Source of the DNA: Pontiella sp.
GTDB lineage: Bacteria; Verrucomicrobiota; Kiritimatiellia; Kiritimatiellales; Pontiellaceae
Direction: 5' to 3'
NCBI GenBank assembly: GCA_964195195.1
Contig: CAXMPN010000001.1
Span: forward strand, 2,854-39,289
DNA: 36,436 bases
Shown: positions 16,507-26,237 of the stretch, one piece after another
Position numbering within the stretch: the stretch's first letter is position 1
How the letters are laid out: each line of letters opens with the position of its first letter
Translations under genes and position numbers: made by a program
Notes under the pieces: model-generated
Told to the model about the DNA's origin: nothing
Database searches by the model: none
What the model saw: only the letters and a program-made list of their open reading frames with translations

Positions 16507-19500
16507 TCAGATGCCGGCGATGGACATTTCGAACGCCGCGTCAATGATCTCTTCTTCGGTTTCATATTCAGTGGATTCCCGGGCCTGTTCGATGAACCCG
16601 AGCATGCGCTTATAGTCGAGCGGAAGAACCTTCACAAACCTGCTCAGCGACGCATCCCAGTCGGCCAGCAGGCTGGTAGCGAGGGTGGATCCCGTCTTGA
16701 GCTGGTGCTTTTCGATCATGGCTTTCAGCTCTGCAATCTCGGAAATGGCGTGCACCTTTTCGAGTTCGATCATTTCCATATTGCACTTTTCGGCAAAGTC
16801 GCCATCCGCGTCGTAGACGTAGGCGATGCCGCCTGACATGCCGGCTCCGAAGTTGCGGCCCGTCTTCCCGAGAATAACGGAACGGCCACCAGTCATGTAT
16901 TCGCAACCATGGTCCCCGATGCCTTCCACCACCACATTCACACCGGAGTTCCGAACGCAAAACCGCTCGCCGGCCACACCGCGGATATAGGCGGTTCCGT
17001 CCGTTGCTCCGTAGAAGCAGACGTTGCCAACCACGATATTATCCTCGGCCACAAAGCGGGCCTTCTTGTCCGGATAGATCGTCAGGCTTCCGCCGGAAAG
17101 ACCTTTTCCAACATAGTCGTTGGCGTCGCCTTCAAGTTCCAGCTCAATGCCCTTGCACAAGAAGGCACCCATGGACTGCCCGATCGAGCCTTTCAACTTG
17201 AAGTGCACCGTGCCGTCCGGCAACCCCTTGTCCTTGTAGATCTTGGTCATCTCGTGCGACAGCACGGTACCGACCGAACGGTCGGTATTGACCACCTCAA
17301 ACGAGGCTTCGACTTTTTTCCCGCCCTCCAGGGCCGGCTTGGCGGCATCGATCAGCTTCCAGTCCAGAATGTGTTCCAGCATGTGGTTCTGATCCTTGCT
17401 GTGGTAGAGGCCTTCCTCTTCGCCAATGCGCTCGCGATACAGGATCGGAGAGAGATCAAGGTGCTTGTATTTCCAGTGGTCCACGTCGTCGAGGAATTTC
17501 AGGCAATCCGATTGACCGACCATTTCATTGATGGTGCGGAAGCCGAGTTCCGCCATGATTTCACGCAGTCCATCGACCAGGAAGGTGAAAAAGTTCACCA
17601 GATGATCCGGGTTGCCGTCAAACTTTTCACGAAGATCACCGCGCTGGGTGGCGATTCCGACGGGGCAGGTGTTGCTGTGGCACTTGCGCATCATGATGCA
17701 TCCTTCCACCACGAGCGCTGCAGTGGCCACGCCCCATTCTTCCGCACCCAGCAGCGTGGCCACGGCGAGGTCGCGCGAGGTTTTCATCTGACCGTCGGTC
17801 TGGACCACAATGCGATTACGCAGGCGGTTGCGTACCAGCGTCTGGTGCGTTTCGGCCAGCCCCAGTTCCCAGGGGAGTCCGGCATGTTTGATCGAACTCA
17901 GCGGCGAAGCGCCCGTACCCCCGTCGTAGCCGGAGATCAGGACCGCATCCGCCTTGGCCTTACACACCCCGGCGGCCACCGTACCAACGCCGGTTTCCGA
18001 GACCAGCTTAACGTTGATGCGCGCATCGCGGTTGATGTTCTTTAAATCGTAGATCAGCTGCGCGAGGTCTTCGATCGAATAAATATCATGATGCGGCGGC
18101 GGGGAAATCAGGCCGACGCCCGGGGTGGATCGGCGCACGCGGCCGATCCAGCCGTTGACCTTGTGGCCGGGCAGCTGCCCGCCTTCGCCCGGCTTGGCGC
18201 CCTGCGCCATCTTGATCTGCAGTTCGCGAGCCTGGCTCAGGTAGTAGCTGTTGACCCCGAAACGACCCGACGCAACCTGCTTGGTGGCCGAACTCATGTT
18301 GTCGCCATTGGGCAGCAACTCATACCGGATGGGATCTTCGCCGCCCTCGCCGGAGTTGGACCTGCCGCCGATCCGGTTCATGGCAATGGCCAACGTGGTG
18401 TGCGCCTCCCAGGAGATGGAACCGAACGACATGGCCCCGCTGGCAAAACGTTTCAGGATGTTTTCGGCCGGCTCGACTTCCTCTAGCGGAATCGAGGGCC
18501 GCGATGACTTAAATTCCATCAGACCGCGCAGCGTGTAGGCCGCTTTGCTTTGCTCGTCGACCGTCTGGCAGTATTTTTTGAATTTTTCGTAGTCGTTTTC
18601 GCGCGAACATTCCTGCAACAGGTTGATAACGGTCGGATTGAACAGATGGCGTTCTCCATCCTTTCGCCAAAAGTATTCGCCGCCGGGATCGAGCACCTTC
18701 TGCGCTCCACCACGGATCGGGAAGCCCTTGCGGTGCTTCTGGAGTGTTTCATGCGCGATGCCATCGAGATCCAATCCTTCGATGCGGCTTACGGTCCCGG
18801 TGAAATATTTCTTCACCACCGCTGCACTAATGCCGACGATCTCGAAAATCTGCGCACCCTGGTAGGAGGCGAGCGTCGAGATCCCCATCTTGGAGAAAAT
18901 CTTCAGCAGGCCCCCGTTGACCGACTTGATATAATTCTTGATGGCCTTTTCGGAACTCAGCCCGTTGAGCATATCGTCCTTTTCCATCTGCCGGATGGTA
19001 TCGAGTGCCATGTAGGGATTCACTGCGGAAGCGCCGTAGCCGAGCAGCGTGGCAAAATGGTGTACTTCGCGCACATCGCCGACTTCCAGGATAATATCAG
19101 CCTTGCCGCGCTTTCCGGCGCGAATGAGGTAGTGGTGGACGGCCGCGGCGGCCAGCACAGACGGAATCGGCGCATGGTCGGAGTTGGTTGTGAAGTCCGA
19201 GAGCAGAATAATCGAATAGCCTTCGTCGATGGCATCCTCGGCGTAGCGACACACCCGGTCGATGGTCCGCTCCAGTGTGCCGGGTTTTCCGTTGGCCGGG
19301 AAAACGATTTCGAGGCGCTTTGTCTGGAAGTGGCTATGGTCGAGAAAGATCAACTTGGATAACTCCTCGTTAGTCAATACCGGCTGGTTTATGGCAATAC
19401 GTCGGCAATGTTCCGGCGATTCTGTCAGGATGTTCTTGAATCCACCCACATAGGTACGCAAATCCATGACCACCCGCTCGCGGATCGGGTCGATCGGCGG

Positions 19501-21135
19501 ATTGGTGACCTGGGCGAAGAGCTGCTTGAAATAGTGCGACAGCTGCGTCGGACGGTCCGAGAGCACGGCCAGGGGATTGTCTGCACCCATGGAGCCGAGC
19601 GGTTCCTTGCCGGTCGTTGACATCGGCTTCAGGATTTCGGTTACATCCTCGTAGGAAAAACCGAACGTCTGCTGGCGCTTGAATAAGGTCTGCGGACTGG
19701 GCTGCTTCAACTCATAGTCCGCGGCGGAATGCAGATCCTCGAGATGGATCATGGTCTTGCCGAGCCATTCGGCATAGGGTTGCCGCGAACAGATATCCGC
19801 CTTCAACTCCTCATCGGAAATGATACGACCCTGCTCGAGATCAGCCACAAACATCTTGCCCGGCTGTAGACGGCCGCGCAGCTTCACCTTGGTGTGGTCC
19901 ACCGTCAGCGCACCGGTTTCCGAGGCCATGATCAGCGTGTCGTCTTCCATCACGCAGTAGCGGGACGGACGCAGACCGTTTCGGTCGAGCGTGGCACCCA
20001 CCAGTACACCATCGGTAAAGCAAACGGATGCCGGGCCATCCCACGGCTCCATCATTGCGGAATAGAATTCGTAGAAAGCGCGTTTGTCCGGATCCATGTC
20101 CGGCTGGTTCTGCCAGGCTTCCGGGATCAGCATCATCAGTACATGCGGCAACGAGCGGCCGCTGAGTACGAGCATTTCGATCGCCATGTCGAGGTTGGCG
20201 GAGTCGGACGCGGCGAGTTCGCAGATCGGGAAGATCATTTCGAGCTCTTCGCGCGAGAATGCGGTGCACTTAAGCAGGACTTCGCGGGCGCGCATCCAGT
20301 TGATGTTGCCTTTATTCGTGTTGATTTCGCCGTTGTGGGCGATGTAGCGGAACGGCTGTGCGAGTTTCCAGGAGGGGAAGGTATTCGTCGAGAAGCGCGA
20401 ATGCACCAGAGCGATGGCGCTGACCGCTGCTTCATTCTGCAGATCGAGGAAATAGCGAGGAACCTGCTCGGTAACCAGCTGGCCCTTGTAGTTAATGGTC
20501 TTGTAGGAACAGGAAATAATGTTCAGCCCGTCCGGACCGATACCGTTTACGGTTTCATTGGCTACGCGCTCGGTACTTTTTCGGAAGACAAACAACTTGC
20601 GATCAAATTCCTCGACCGACATGCCGGTCGGCTTGCCGATAAAGATCTGCTGGACGCTCGGTTCCGTGGCGGCGGAGTCGCGACCGAGGTCGGAGTTGTC
20701 GACCGGAACGATACGATAGCCCAGCAACGGCAGGTTGATCTTGGCCAGTTTCCGTTCGATGATATCCTTGCATTCCGCCTGCATCACTTCATCGCGCGGG
20801 AAGAAGGTCATGCCCACGCCATATTCCCCGAATTGCGGAAGCTTAATTCCCACCTTGGGGCACTCTTCCACGAATAGCTCATGAGGTATCTGGAGCAGAA
20901 TTCCCGCGCCGTCACCGCTCTTGATATCAAAACCGGTGCCGCCGCGGTGCTCCATGCAGGAGAGCATGCCCAGAGCATCCGTGATGACGGAATGCTTCTT
21001 GCGGCCCTTCAGATTGGCAACGAAGCCAATGCCGCAACTGCTGTGCTCAAAGTCGGAACGATACATGCCCTGCCCTTCGGGCTGACCGAAGCAGTTCGTT
21101 TCATTTTCCTTAAAAATGGTAGTGCTCTTGCTCAT
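16507..21135 (-). CDS. gltB: Glutamate synthase large (alpha) subunit
   Basis: CGIGFVA catalytic Cys, HSRFSTNT, HNGEINT, MSFGS, KQVASGRFG, AQGAKPGEGG and CIMMRKCH..TCP motifs. The ATG at 21135 has a GAGG RBS; the longer ORF start is an upstream artefact. Confidence 0.98.
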   Translation of the reverse strand: MSKSTTIFKENETNCFGQPEGQGMYRSDFEHSSCGIGFVANLKGRKKHSVITDALGMLSCMEHRGGTGFDIKSGDGAGILLQIPHELFVEECPKVGIKLPQFGEYGVGMTFFPRDEVMQAECKDIIERKLAKINLPLLGYRIVPVDNSDLGRDSAATEPSVQQIFIGKPTGMSVEEFDRKLFVFRKSTERVANETVNGIGPDGLNIISCSYKTINYKGQLVTEQVPRYFLDLQNEAAVSAIALVHSRFSTNTFPSWKLAQPFRYIAHNGEINTNKGNINWMRAREVLLKCTAFSREELEMIFPICELAASDSANLDMAIEMLVLSGRSLPHVLMMLIPEAWQNQPDMDPDKRAFYEFYSAMMEPWDGPASVCFTDGVLVGATLDRNGLRPSRYCVMEDDTLIMASETGALTVDHTKVKLRGRLQPGKMFVADLEQGRIISDEELKADICSRQPYAEWLGKTMIHLEDLHSAADYELKQPSPQTLFKRQQTFGFSYEDVTEILKPMSTTGKEPLGSMGADNPLAVLSDRPTQLSHYFKQLFAQVTNPPIDPIRERVVMDLRTYVGGFKNILTESPEHCRRIAINQPVLTNEELSKLIFLDHSHFQTKRLEIVFPANGKPGTLERTIDRVCRYAEDAIDEGYSIILLSDFTTNSDHAPIPSVLAAAAVHHYLIRAGKRGKADIILEVGDVREVHHFATLLGYGASAVNPYMALDTIRQMEKDDMLNGLSSEKAIKNYIKSVNGGLLKIFSKMGISTLASYQGAQIFEIVGISAAVVKKYFTGTVSRIEGLDLDGIAHETLQKHRKGFPIRGGAQKVLDPGGEYFWRKDGERHLFNPTVINLLQECSRENDYEKFKKYCQTVDEQSKAAYTLRGLMEFKSSRPSIPLEEVEPAENILKRFASGAMSFGSISWEAHTTLAIAMNRIGGRSNSGEGGEDPIRYELLPNGDNMSSATKQVASGRFGVNSYYLSQARELQIKMAQGAKPGEGGQLPGHKVNGWIGRVRRSTPGVGLISPPPHHDIYSIEDLAQLIYDLKNINRDARINVKLVSETGVGTVAAGVCKAKADAVLISGYDGGTGASPLSSIKHAGLPWELGLAETHQTLVRNRLRNRIVVQTDGQMKTSRDLAVATLLGAEEWGVATAALVVEGCIMMRKCHSNTCPVGIATQRGDLREKFDGNPDHLVNFFTFLVDGLREIMAELGFRTINEMVGQSDCLKFLDDVDHWKYKHLDLSPILYRERIGEEEGLYHSKDQNHMLEHILDWKLIDAAKPALEGGKKVEASFEVVNTDRSVGTVLSHEMTKIYKDKGLPDGTVHFKLKGSIGQSMGAFLCKGIELELEGDANDYVGKGLSGGSLTIYPDKKARFVAEDNIVVGNVCFYGATDGTAYIRGVAGERFCVRNSGVNVVVEGIGDHGCEYMTGGRSVILGKTGRNFGAGMSGGIAYVYDADGDFAEKCNMEMIELEKVHAISEIAELKAMIEKHQLKTGSTLATSLLADWDASLSRFVKVLPLDYKRMLGFIEQARESTEYETEEEIIDAAFEMSIAGI

Positions 21136-21292
21136 ATTAAACCTCGTCTTGGCTCGGATAAAATAGCGGTATAATTTGCCCATCACCCCCTTCCAAGTCA
21201 ATTCCTTACACCAGTAAATAAGGGTTTTTGGCATTAAATAGGCGGCAACTCTCCGCATCTGACGACCAAACGGGTATTTGGAATCAAAAGGA

Positions 21293-21694
21293 CTAGTCTT
21301 TTGCGGCGAATACTTGATCGAACAGAACCGGAACAATCGGCTTGCCGGCGCGGGTGAGCACCCCGGTCACCTGCGCTTCGAGAACGGTTTTCCCGTCGGA
21401 CTGGCGGACAATGGACTGCTCGAATACGAATCGCAGGCGCCCCTGCTTGTATATGCCTAGCTTGACGGTGAACTCGTCGCGCGACTTCAGCGGAAGCTTG
21501 TAGTCTATTTCAATGTGGGTCACTACAGCATCGATCCCGTCTTTGCAAAGCCGCTCGAAATTAAGGCCGATTTTGTTGAGAAACTCGTGGCGACAGTGTT
21601 CGAGGTAGTTCTGGTAGGCGGCATTGTTGACGATACCCTGCATGTCGCATTCGTAGTCGCGGACCATCATTTCCATCTCATAGACAAAGGCCAT
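21293..21694 (-). CDS. Acyl-CoA thioesterase (YbgC/FadM, 4HBT-like hotdog fold)
   Basis: VRDYECDMQGIVNNAAYQNYLEH.R motif; the start overlaps the rsgA stop. Confidence 0.9.
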   Translation of the reverse strand: MAFVYEMEMMVRDYECDMQGIVNNAAYQNYLEHCRHEFLNKIGLNFERLCKDGIDAVVTHIEIDYKLPLKSRDEFTVKLGIYKQGRLRFVFEQSIVRQSDGKTVLEAQVTGVLTRAGKPIVPVLFDQVFAAKD

Positions 21695-22773
21695 TAAACA
21701 TCACCCTTTTTTCTGCGGTTGCTGCCCTGCTCGGAACGATAGAACCGACTCAGTTTCCTGTCCTGATCACGTTTTTCGAGGGCTGACTGCTCGTGGAAGG
21801 CCGCCTCCTTCATCAAACGAACGTAGTTGTTGTAACGCGCTTCGGGCAATTCTCCCCGCTCTACGGCATCCACCACTGCACAGCCCATCGTACCAACGTG
21901 GGAGCAATCGTTGAACCGGCATTTCGCAGCCAGCGCTGAAATGTCGTCGAACGTCTCTCCAATGCCCTCGTCGACATCCATGTTGCCCAATTCCCGCATG
22001 CCGGGGGTGTCGACCACGAGCGCCCCGTTATCGAGGGTGATCAGTTCGCGCCAGGTGGTGGAATGAACCCCTTTTCCGTCGGACGCCCGCACCGGAAGGG
22101 TGAACAGACCGTCCTCCTCACCGAGCAGATTGTTGAGCAACGAGGTCTTTCCTACCCCGGACGTGCCGATCACGCAATAGGTCTTACCGGGCAGAAAGAG
22201 CGCCATCACTACTTCAAGGTTATAGTCATCGGTGTTGCTGAAAGCATGTACGCACACATTAGGCATGCGGGACTGAACCGCGGAGATCTTTTCTGCCAGC
22301 TCTGCGGGGTCAAGCAGATCGGTCTTGCTGAGCAACACAATCGGTTCGATGCCGCTTTCATTGACCATGACCAGATAGCGTTCGAGCCGCTGAAGGTTGT
22401 AGCCGGGACCGACGGTCTGCATAATGAACGCGGTATCGATATTGGCGGCAATCAACTGATAGCGGGTGGTGCGCCCGGCGGTTTTCCGTTTTAGCTCGGT
22501 GTTCCGCTCGAGTATGCGGCCGATCCGCCCAAAATCCTGGTCGTCGAAATCCTTCACCAGCACCCAGTCGCCGACGGTGGGATAATCGAGCTTTGATTTT
22601 GCAAGATGTCGCAACCGGCCTGTGGTTTTCGCGGGGCGGGTTTCCTCGCCGTCGCAGACTTCGCATTCACCCTTGTGCACGGCCGTCACGCGCGCCACGG
22701 TCAGATCCGATTCGCTATCCTGATCGATTTGCCTGGCAAACCATGCATTGAAGCCAAATTCCTCTAGCGTCAT
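21694..22773 (-). CDS. rsgA: Ribosome small subunit-dependent GTPase A
   Basis: VGDWV, ANID, RLERY, SKTDL, GTSGVGKTS, G.HSTT, DTPGMRE and the zinc finger CRFNDCSH...GC. Confidence 0.93.
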   Translation of the reverse strand: MTLEEFGFNAWFARQIDQDSESDLTVARVTAVHKGECEVCDGEETRPAKTTGRLRHLAKSKLDYPTVGDWVLVKDFDDQDFGRIGRILERNTELKRKTAGRTTRYQLIAANIDTAFIMQTVGPGYNLQRLERYLVMVNESGIEPIVLLSKTDLLDPAELAEKISAVQSRMPNVCVHAFSNTDDYNLEVVMALFLPGKTYCVIGTSGVGKTSLLNNLLGEEDGLFTLPVRASDGKGVHSTTWRELITLDNGALVVDTPGMRELGNMDVDEGIGETFDDISALAAKCRFNDCSHVGTMGCAVVDAVERGELPEARYNNYVRLMKEAAFHEQSALEKRDQDRKLSRFYRSEQGSNRRKKGDV

Positions 22774-22938
22774 TCCACCTTCCCGTCTCATTGAACAGAA
22801 AAAGCATTAGCACGGAACGGCCGCACAAATGAATGCAAATGCATGGAAAGATGGCGGCGCGGAAATATCCCCCTGTCCGGCCCGGAGTCCGCTCGCGTCG
22901 TAAAACGCATTAGGTAGTCGATTCGGCATTCACACGCT

Positions 22939-23160
22939 TCAGGTTCTTATTTCGACGACGACATCGTCGCCGTAATACACCTTTGCCTGCCTTTCCAGTC
23001 GCTCCAGTACATCTTCAATCGTGTCGCCGATAGAAGGCGACAGGCCCGGTAGATTTCCTACAAACCGTTTTGCACCGTTTGTGCGAATGTACCCTTCAGA
23101 AAGTTGCATCCCTCCGACCGGATGGACCGAGACCTCCCTCTCTATGTAACCAGTTCCCAT
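22939..23160 (-). CDS. Small protein, possible HicB-like domain
   Basis: RBS GGGGGTG/GAG. LPGL...GDTIEDVLERL...Y resembles the HicB core (LPG...GxTxEEA). Confidence 0.55.
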   Translation of the reverse strand: MGTGYIEREVSVHPVGGMQLSEGYIRTNGAKRFVGNLPGLSPSIGDTIEDVLERLERQAKVYYGDDVVVEIRT

Positions 23161-23544
23161 AACTCTCACCCCCTACTGGTGATATACGCCCGGGACGGCA
23201 TTTTTTCAACCGCTATTTCAGGTTGATTTTCATCATCGCACAAGCGAAAGAAAAACGCCTGAAAAAGGCTGAAAACATTCGCCAACGGGCTCTCTAGGCC
23301 ACCGAAGACATGGGCCTCATAATGTGGCAGCCCGTTTAGCGACACGGAAAATTGGGGGCGCATTTCAATGGTGAATGCCGAGTAGCCGAATCTGCTATAT
23401 TCGACGGCACGTCCCCTCGATCATATGCTCTTTTTTGGAATGCCTCACCCGACGGAGATGCTCAAAAAGATGGAGGTAAGGCTCGATATTCCCAAAGAAA
23501 TCGAGAATCTTTAATCAACATTCATGGCCACCTGCAAGGTTCGT

Positions 23545-24066
23545 ATGGATAAGCTCAAGGCACTCATTCGTAACATACCGGATTTTCCGAAGCCGGGCAT
23601 CCAGTTCAAGGACATCACTCCTTTGCTGGCCGATGCCGAATGCTTCCATGAAGCCATCGATGTCCTTAGGCGCCGGCATGCCGGCAAGGGGATCGACATG
23701 GTCGTTGGCATCGAAGCTCGCGGTTTCATCTTCTCGTCCGCTCTGGCCTACGCGCTGGAGGCGGGCACCTGCCTGGTACGGAAGCCCGGCAAACTTCCGT
23801 TTGCCATCCGGCGCCTATCCTATGATCTGGAATACGGAGCCGATACCGTCGAAATCCATGCCGATGCGCTGCAGCCCGGTCAGAAAATTCTGATCATCGA
23901 CGACGTCCTGGCGACTGGCGGAACCATTTCTGCCACTGCGGAGTTAATAAGCCAGCATTTTGAGGTCGAAATCGTGGAACTCGATTTTCTTATGGAACTC
24001 GAATTTCTCAAAGGCAGGGACAAGCTGTCCCGATGGCCGGTCTACTCCCTGCTCAAGTATAAATAA
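23545..24066 (+). CDS. apt: Adenine phosphoribosyltransferase
   Basis: IPDFPKPGIQFKDITPLL, EARGF, RKPGKLP, LEYG and IDDVLATGGT motifs. Confidence 0.96.
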   Translation: MDKLKALIRNIPDFPKPGIQFKDITPLLADAECFHEAIDVLRRRHAGKGIDMVVGIEARGFIFSSALAYALEAGTCLVRKPGKLPFAIRRLSYDLEYGADTVEIHADALQPGQKILIIDDVLATGGTISATAELISQHFEVEIVELDFLMELEFLKGRDKLSRWPVYSLLKYK

Positions 24067-24157
24067 ACCGCCTGCAAGTAATTTGCGCTTTTTTGGTCAA
24101 CGGTATGGCATCGATTCGGTCATAGTAGGAAATATTAACCAAGAAGGGACCCCCACC

Positions 24158-24724
24158 ATGAACACAACTAAGCTAGGCCTGCTCCTGCTGGCATTCGCCA
24201 TGACGACCCATGCAGAAGAATTCACCGTCGACCCAAGCCATGCCGAAATTGGATTTTCCGTTAAGCATTTAATGGTCAGCAATGTGAAGGGCGCCTTCAA
24301 CGCATTCGAAGGGACGCTGGATTATGACATCACGAATAAGGAGCTGATATCCGTACAGGGATCCATCTCAACGGCCAGCATCGACACGAATAACGACAAG
24401 CGCGATGAGCACTTGATAACCGCCGAGTTCTTTAACATTGAAAAGCACCCGAATATAGCCTTCCAGAGCACCTCCATAGAAAAGAAAGGCGACGGGACGT
24501 TTGAGGTAACAGGAACTCTCGAGATACTGGGCGCAGGACATGAAATCGTTCTTCCGGTGGCGATAAACGGCCCCGTGGATGATCCTTGGGGCAACCGGCG
24601 CATCGGTATTGAAAGCGCCACACAGCTGAACCGACGCGATCTGGGCATTACGAGTTCCCCGGCAGCCATGATCGGCGATGAAGTCAATATCAGCATCAAT
24701 GCAGAAGCCACATTCAAAAAATAG
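24158..24724 (+). CDS. YceI family polyisoprenoid-binding periplasmic protein
   Basis: Signal peptide; DPSHAEIGFSVKH, SIDT...RDEHL...FF, DPWG and RRDLG motifs. Confidence 0.92.
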   Translation: MNTTKLGLLLLAFAMTTHAEEFTVDPSHAEIGFSVKHLMVSNVKGAFNAFEGTLDYDITNKELISVQGSISTASIDTNNDKRDEHLITAEFFNIEKHPNIAFQSTSIEKKGDGTFEVTGTLEILGAGHEIVLPVAINGPVDDPWGNRRIGIESATQLNRRDLGITSSPAAMIGDEVNISINAEATFKK

Positions 24725-24740
24725 CCCATACCATCAAGAC

Positions 24741-24775
24741 GCAAAAAAGCCCGGTATAGAACCGGGCTTTTTTGC
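24741..24775. terminator. Bidirectional rho-independent terminator
   Basis: GCAAAAAAGCCCGGT-ATAGA-ACCGGGCTTTTTTGC, a perfect inverted repeat between convergent genes. Confidence 0.9.
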
Positions 24776-24794
24776 ATCTGTACGGAGTGATTAA

Positions 24795-25406
24795 CTACAT
24801 GTCGTCCATCTCATCCAGCAGGCCTTTTACCGAATCGCTTTCGCTTTCGATGGAAGCCGGAGCGCTTTCTGTGACGCTTCCTGCAGCAGCCGGCCCATCC
24901 ATATCATCAACAATCAGCTTGATTTGCAGATCATCGGGATTCTTGTTGTTGAGATCCAGAAGCGCCTTGCGGAGCATGTCAAAACGACGCTGCGTTTCCT
25001 GCTTCTCGATTTCCATTACATTGCGTTCGTTTTCCGCATCGCGGGCTTGTTGTTGGGAAGTACCAACGGTGGCCGTAACCGCCGCCAGGTCCGATTCGAG
25101 CTGCGACACCTTGCTCTGTTCTGCCGCCAAGCTATCGGTCAATTCATTTGCAGAGCCTTTCAATTCGTCGATACGGTCTGCGGTATCATTAATTTCAATC
25201 TGAAGCTTGCGTGTTTTGGCCAGCTCGGCATCCAGCAAGGATTTCGTGTCGGCCAGTGTGACGTTCAGCGCATCTTCAGAAGCCTGTGCTTCGGCATTCA
25301 ACTGCGCCACAATAGCGTCATGTTCTTTCTGCGGAACTCCGCAACCCGTCAACATTCCAATCGTACACCCCGCAACCGCCAACATTGCAATAGACTTAAT
25401 TTGCAT
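24795..25406 (-). CDS. Coiled-coil lipoprotein of unknown function
   Basis: RBS GGAGG; lipobox LTGC; long heptad-rich helical body and an acidic tail. Confidence 0.8.
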   Translation of the reverse strand: MQIKSIAMLAVAGCTIGMLTGCGVPQKEHDAIVAQLNAEAQASEDALNVTLADTKSLLDAELAKTRKLQIEINDTADRIDELKGSANELTDSLAAEQSKVSQLESDLAAVTATVGTSQQQARDAENERNVMEIEKQETQRRFDMLRKALLDLNNKNPDDLQIKLIVDDMDGPAAAGSVTESAPASIESESDSVKGLLDEMDDM

Positions 25407-25453
25407 TACTTCCTCCGTTAGTTGTTCAATCACATTTTACTAGAAATATGCCC

Positions 25454-25481
25454 AGTATAGGTGCGGCATTGATAAATTCAA
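25454..25481 (-). promoter_or_regulatory. Putative sigma70 promoter of the lipoprotein gene
   Basis: TTGAAT-N16-TATACT on the minus strand, about 50 nt upstream of the ATG. Confidence 0.5.
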
Positions 25482-25533
25482 CCCCTCTCACAGAAATAAT
25501 TCCGGCCGCATTGATTCTGGTAATTAGCAGTTA

Positions 25534-26111
25534 TCAGACCAGATCACATGCGTCCGGTGGTATCCATTTCGCCGACTGGCCTTCCCACTTTACGTTGCAC
25601 CCAACCGGATTGGTGACCGGCAAGGCGATCGGATTGCCTGCAAGGAGCGTCTCCAGGGCGTCTACCAGCTCGTGGGTCGTCGCCTCGCGCCAATTGCGGG
25701 GCTGATCGATCGCACGCCCCGTGTAAACCAGCTTGCGGCTTTCATCAAAGACGAAGAAATGCGGGGTGCGCAGTGCACCGTAGGCCAGCGCCACCTCCTG
25801 CGACTTGTCGTGCAGGTAGATCCAAGGGAATTCGCACTCATCCATGCGTTCGATCATGTGCTCGAAGCTGTCTTCGGCATAGGTGTTCACGCTGTTTGAA
25901 TTGATGCCGACGAATTGGACACCCTTGTCGGCAAACTTTTCCGCGGATTGGCGGGTGATTTCATCGGAGCCCGTCACGTAAGGACAATGGTTACAGGTAA
26001 AAAAATCACCAGCACCTGGTCATCGAAGTCGCTCAGCGAATAGGTTTGTCCGTCGGTGGCGGGCAGGTTGAATGAAGGCGCCAAATCGCCGATTTCCAAT
26101 GTGAATGACAT
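25534..26111 (-). pseudogene. Thioredoxin/AhpC-TSA (peroxiredoxin-like) family gene broken by a 1-nt frameshift in a T7 run
   Basis: Frame 1, [21 protein letters not shown]...VLVIF, stops at 25974. Adding one T in the run at 25999-26005 gives [15 protein letters not shown], continuous with GINSNS...TPHFFVF...Y.GR...GCNVKW. RBS AAGGAG. Confidence 0.85.
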
Positions 26112-26237
26112 ATTAACTCTCCTTTTAAAACATGGCTTTTGTGACCCCCATCCCTCGGAATGGCAACCCTTTTCCCGAAAAAGAGCACCGATCCATTCCG
26201 CTTTCCAATGCCGCGGAAAGTCGATAGCCTGCCACCA

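Noticed and set aside
21229-21243. Sigma-54-like TGGCA-N8-GC site
   Set aside because: It is on the plus strand, antisense to the flanking genes. Other TGGCA candidates (near 8236, 23325 and 36192) have the wrong -24/-12 spacing.
21136-21336. 67-aa N-terminal extension of GltB
   Set aside because: It overlaps the thioesterase gene end and the promoter region; a good RBS precedes the ATG at 21135.
23170-23540. Riboswitch, ncRNA or small ORFs (23166-23363, 23352-23552) in the gap before apt
   Set aside because: No purine, c-di-GMP or other recognisable aptamer core by eye, and the ORFs lack an RBS and motifs. An Rfam search is needed to exclude an RNA.
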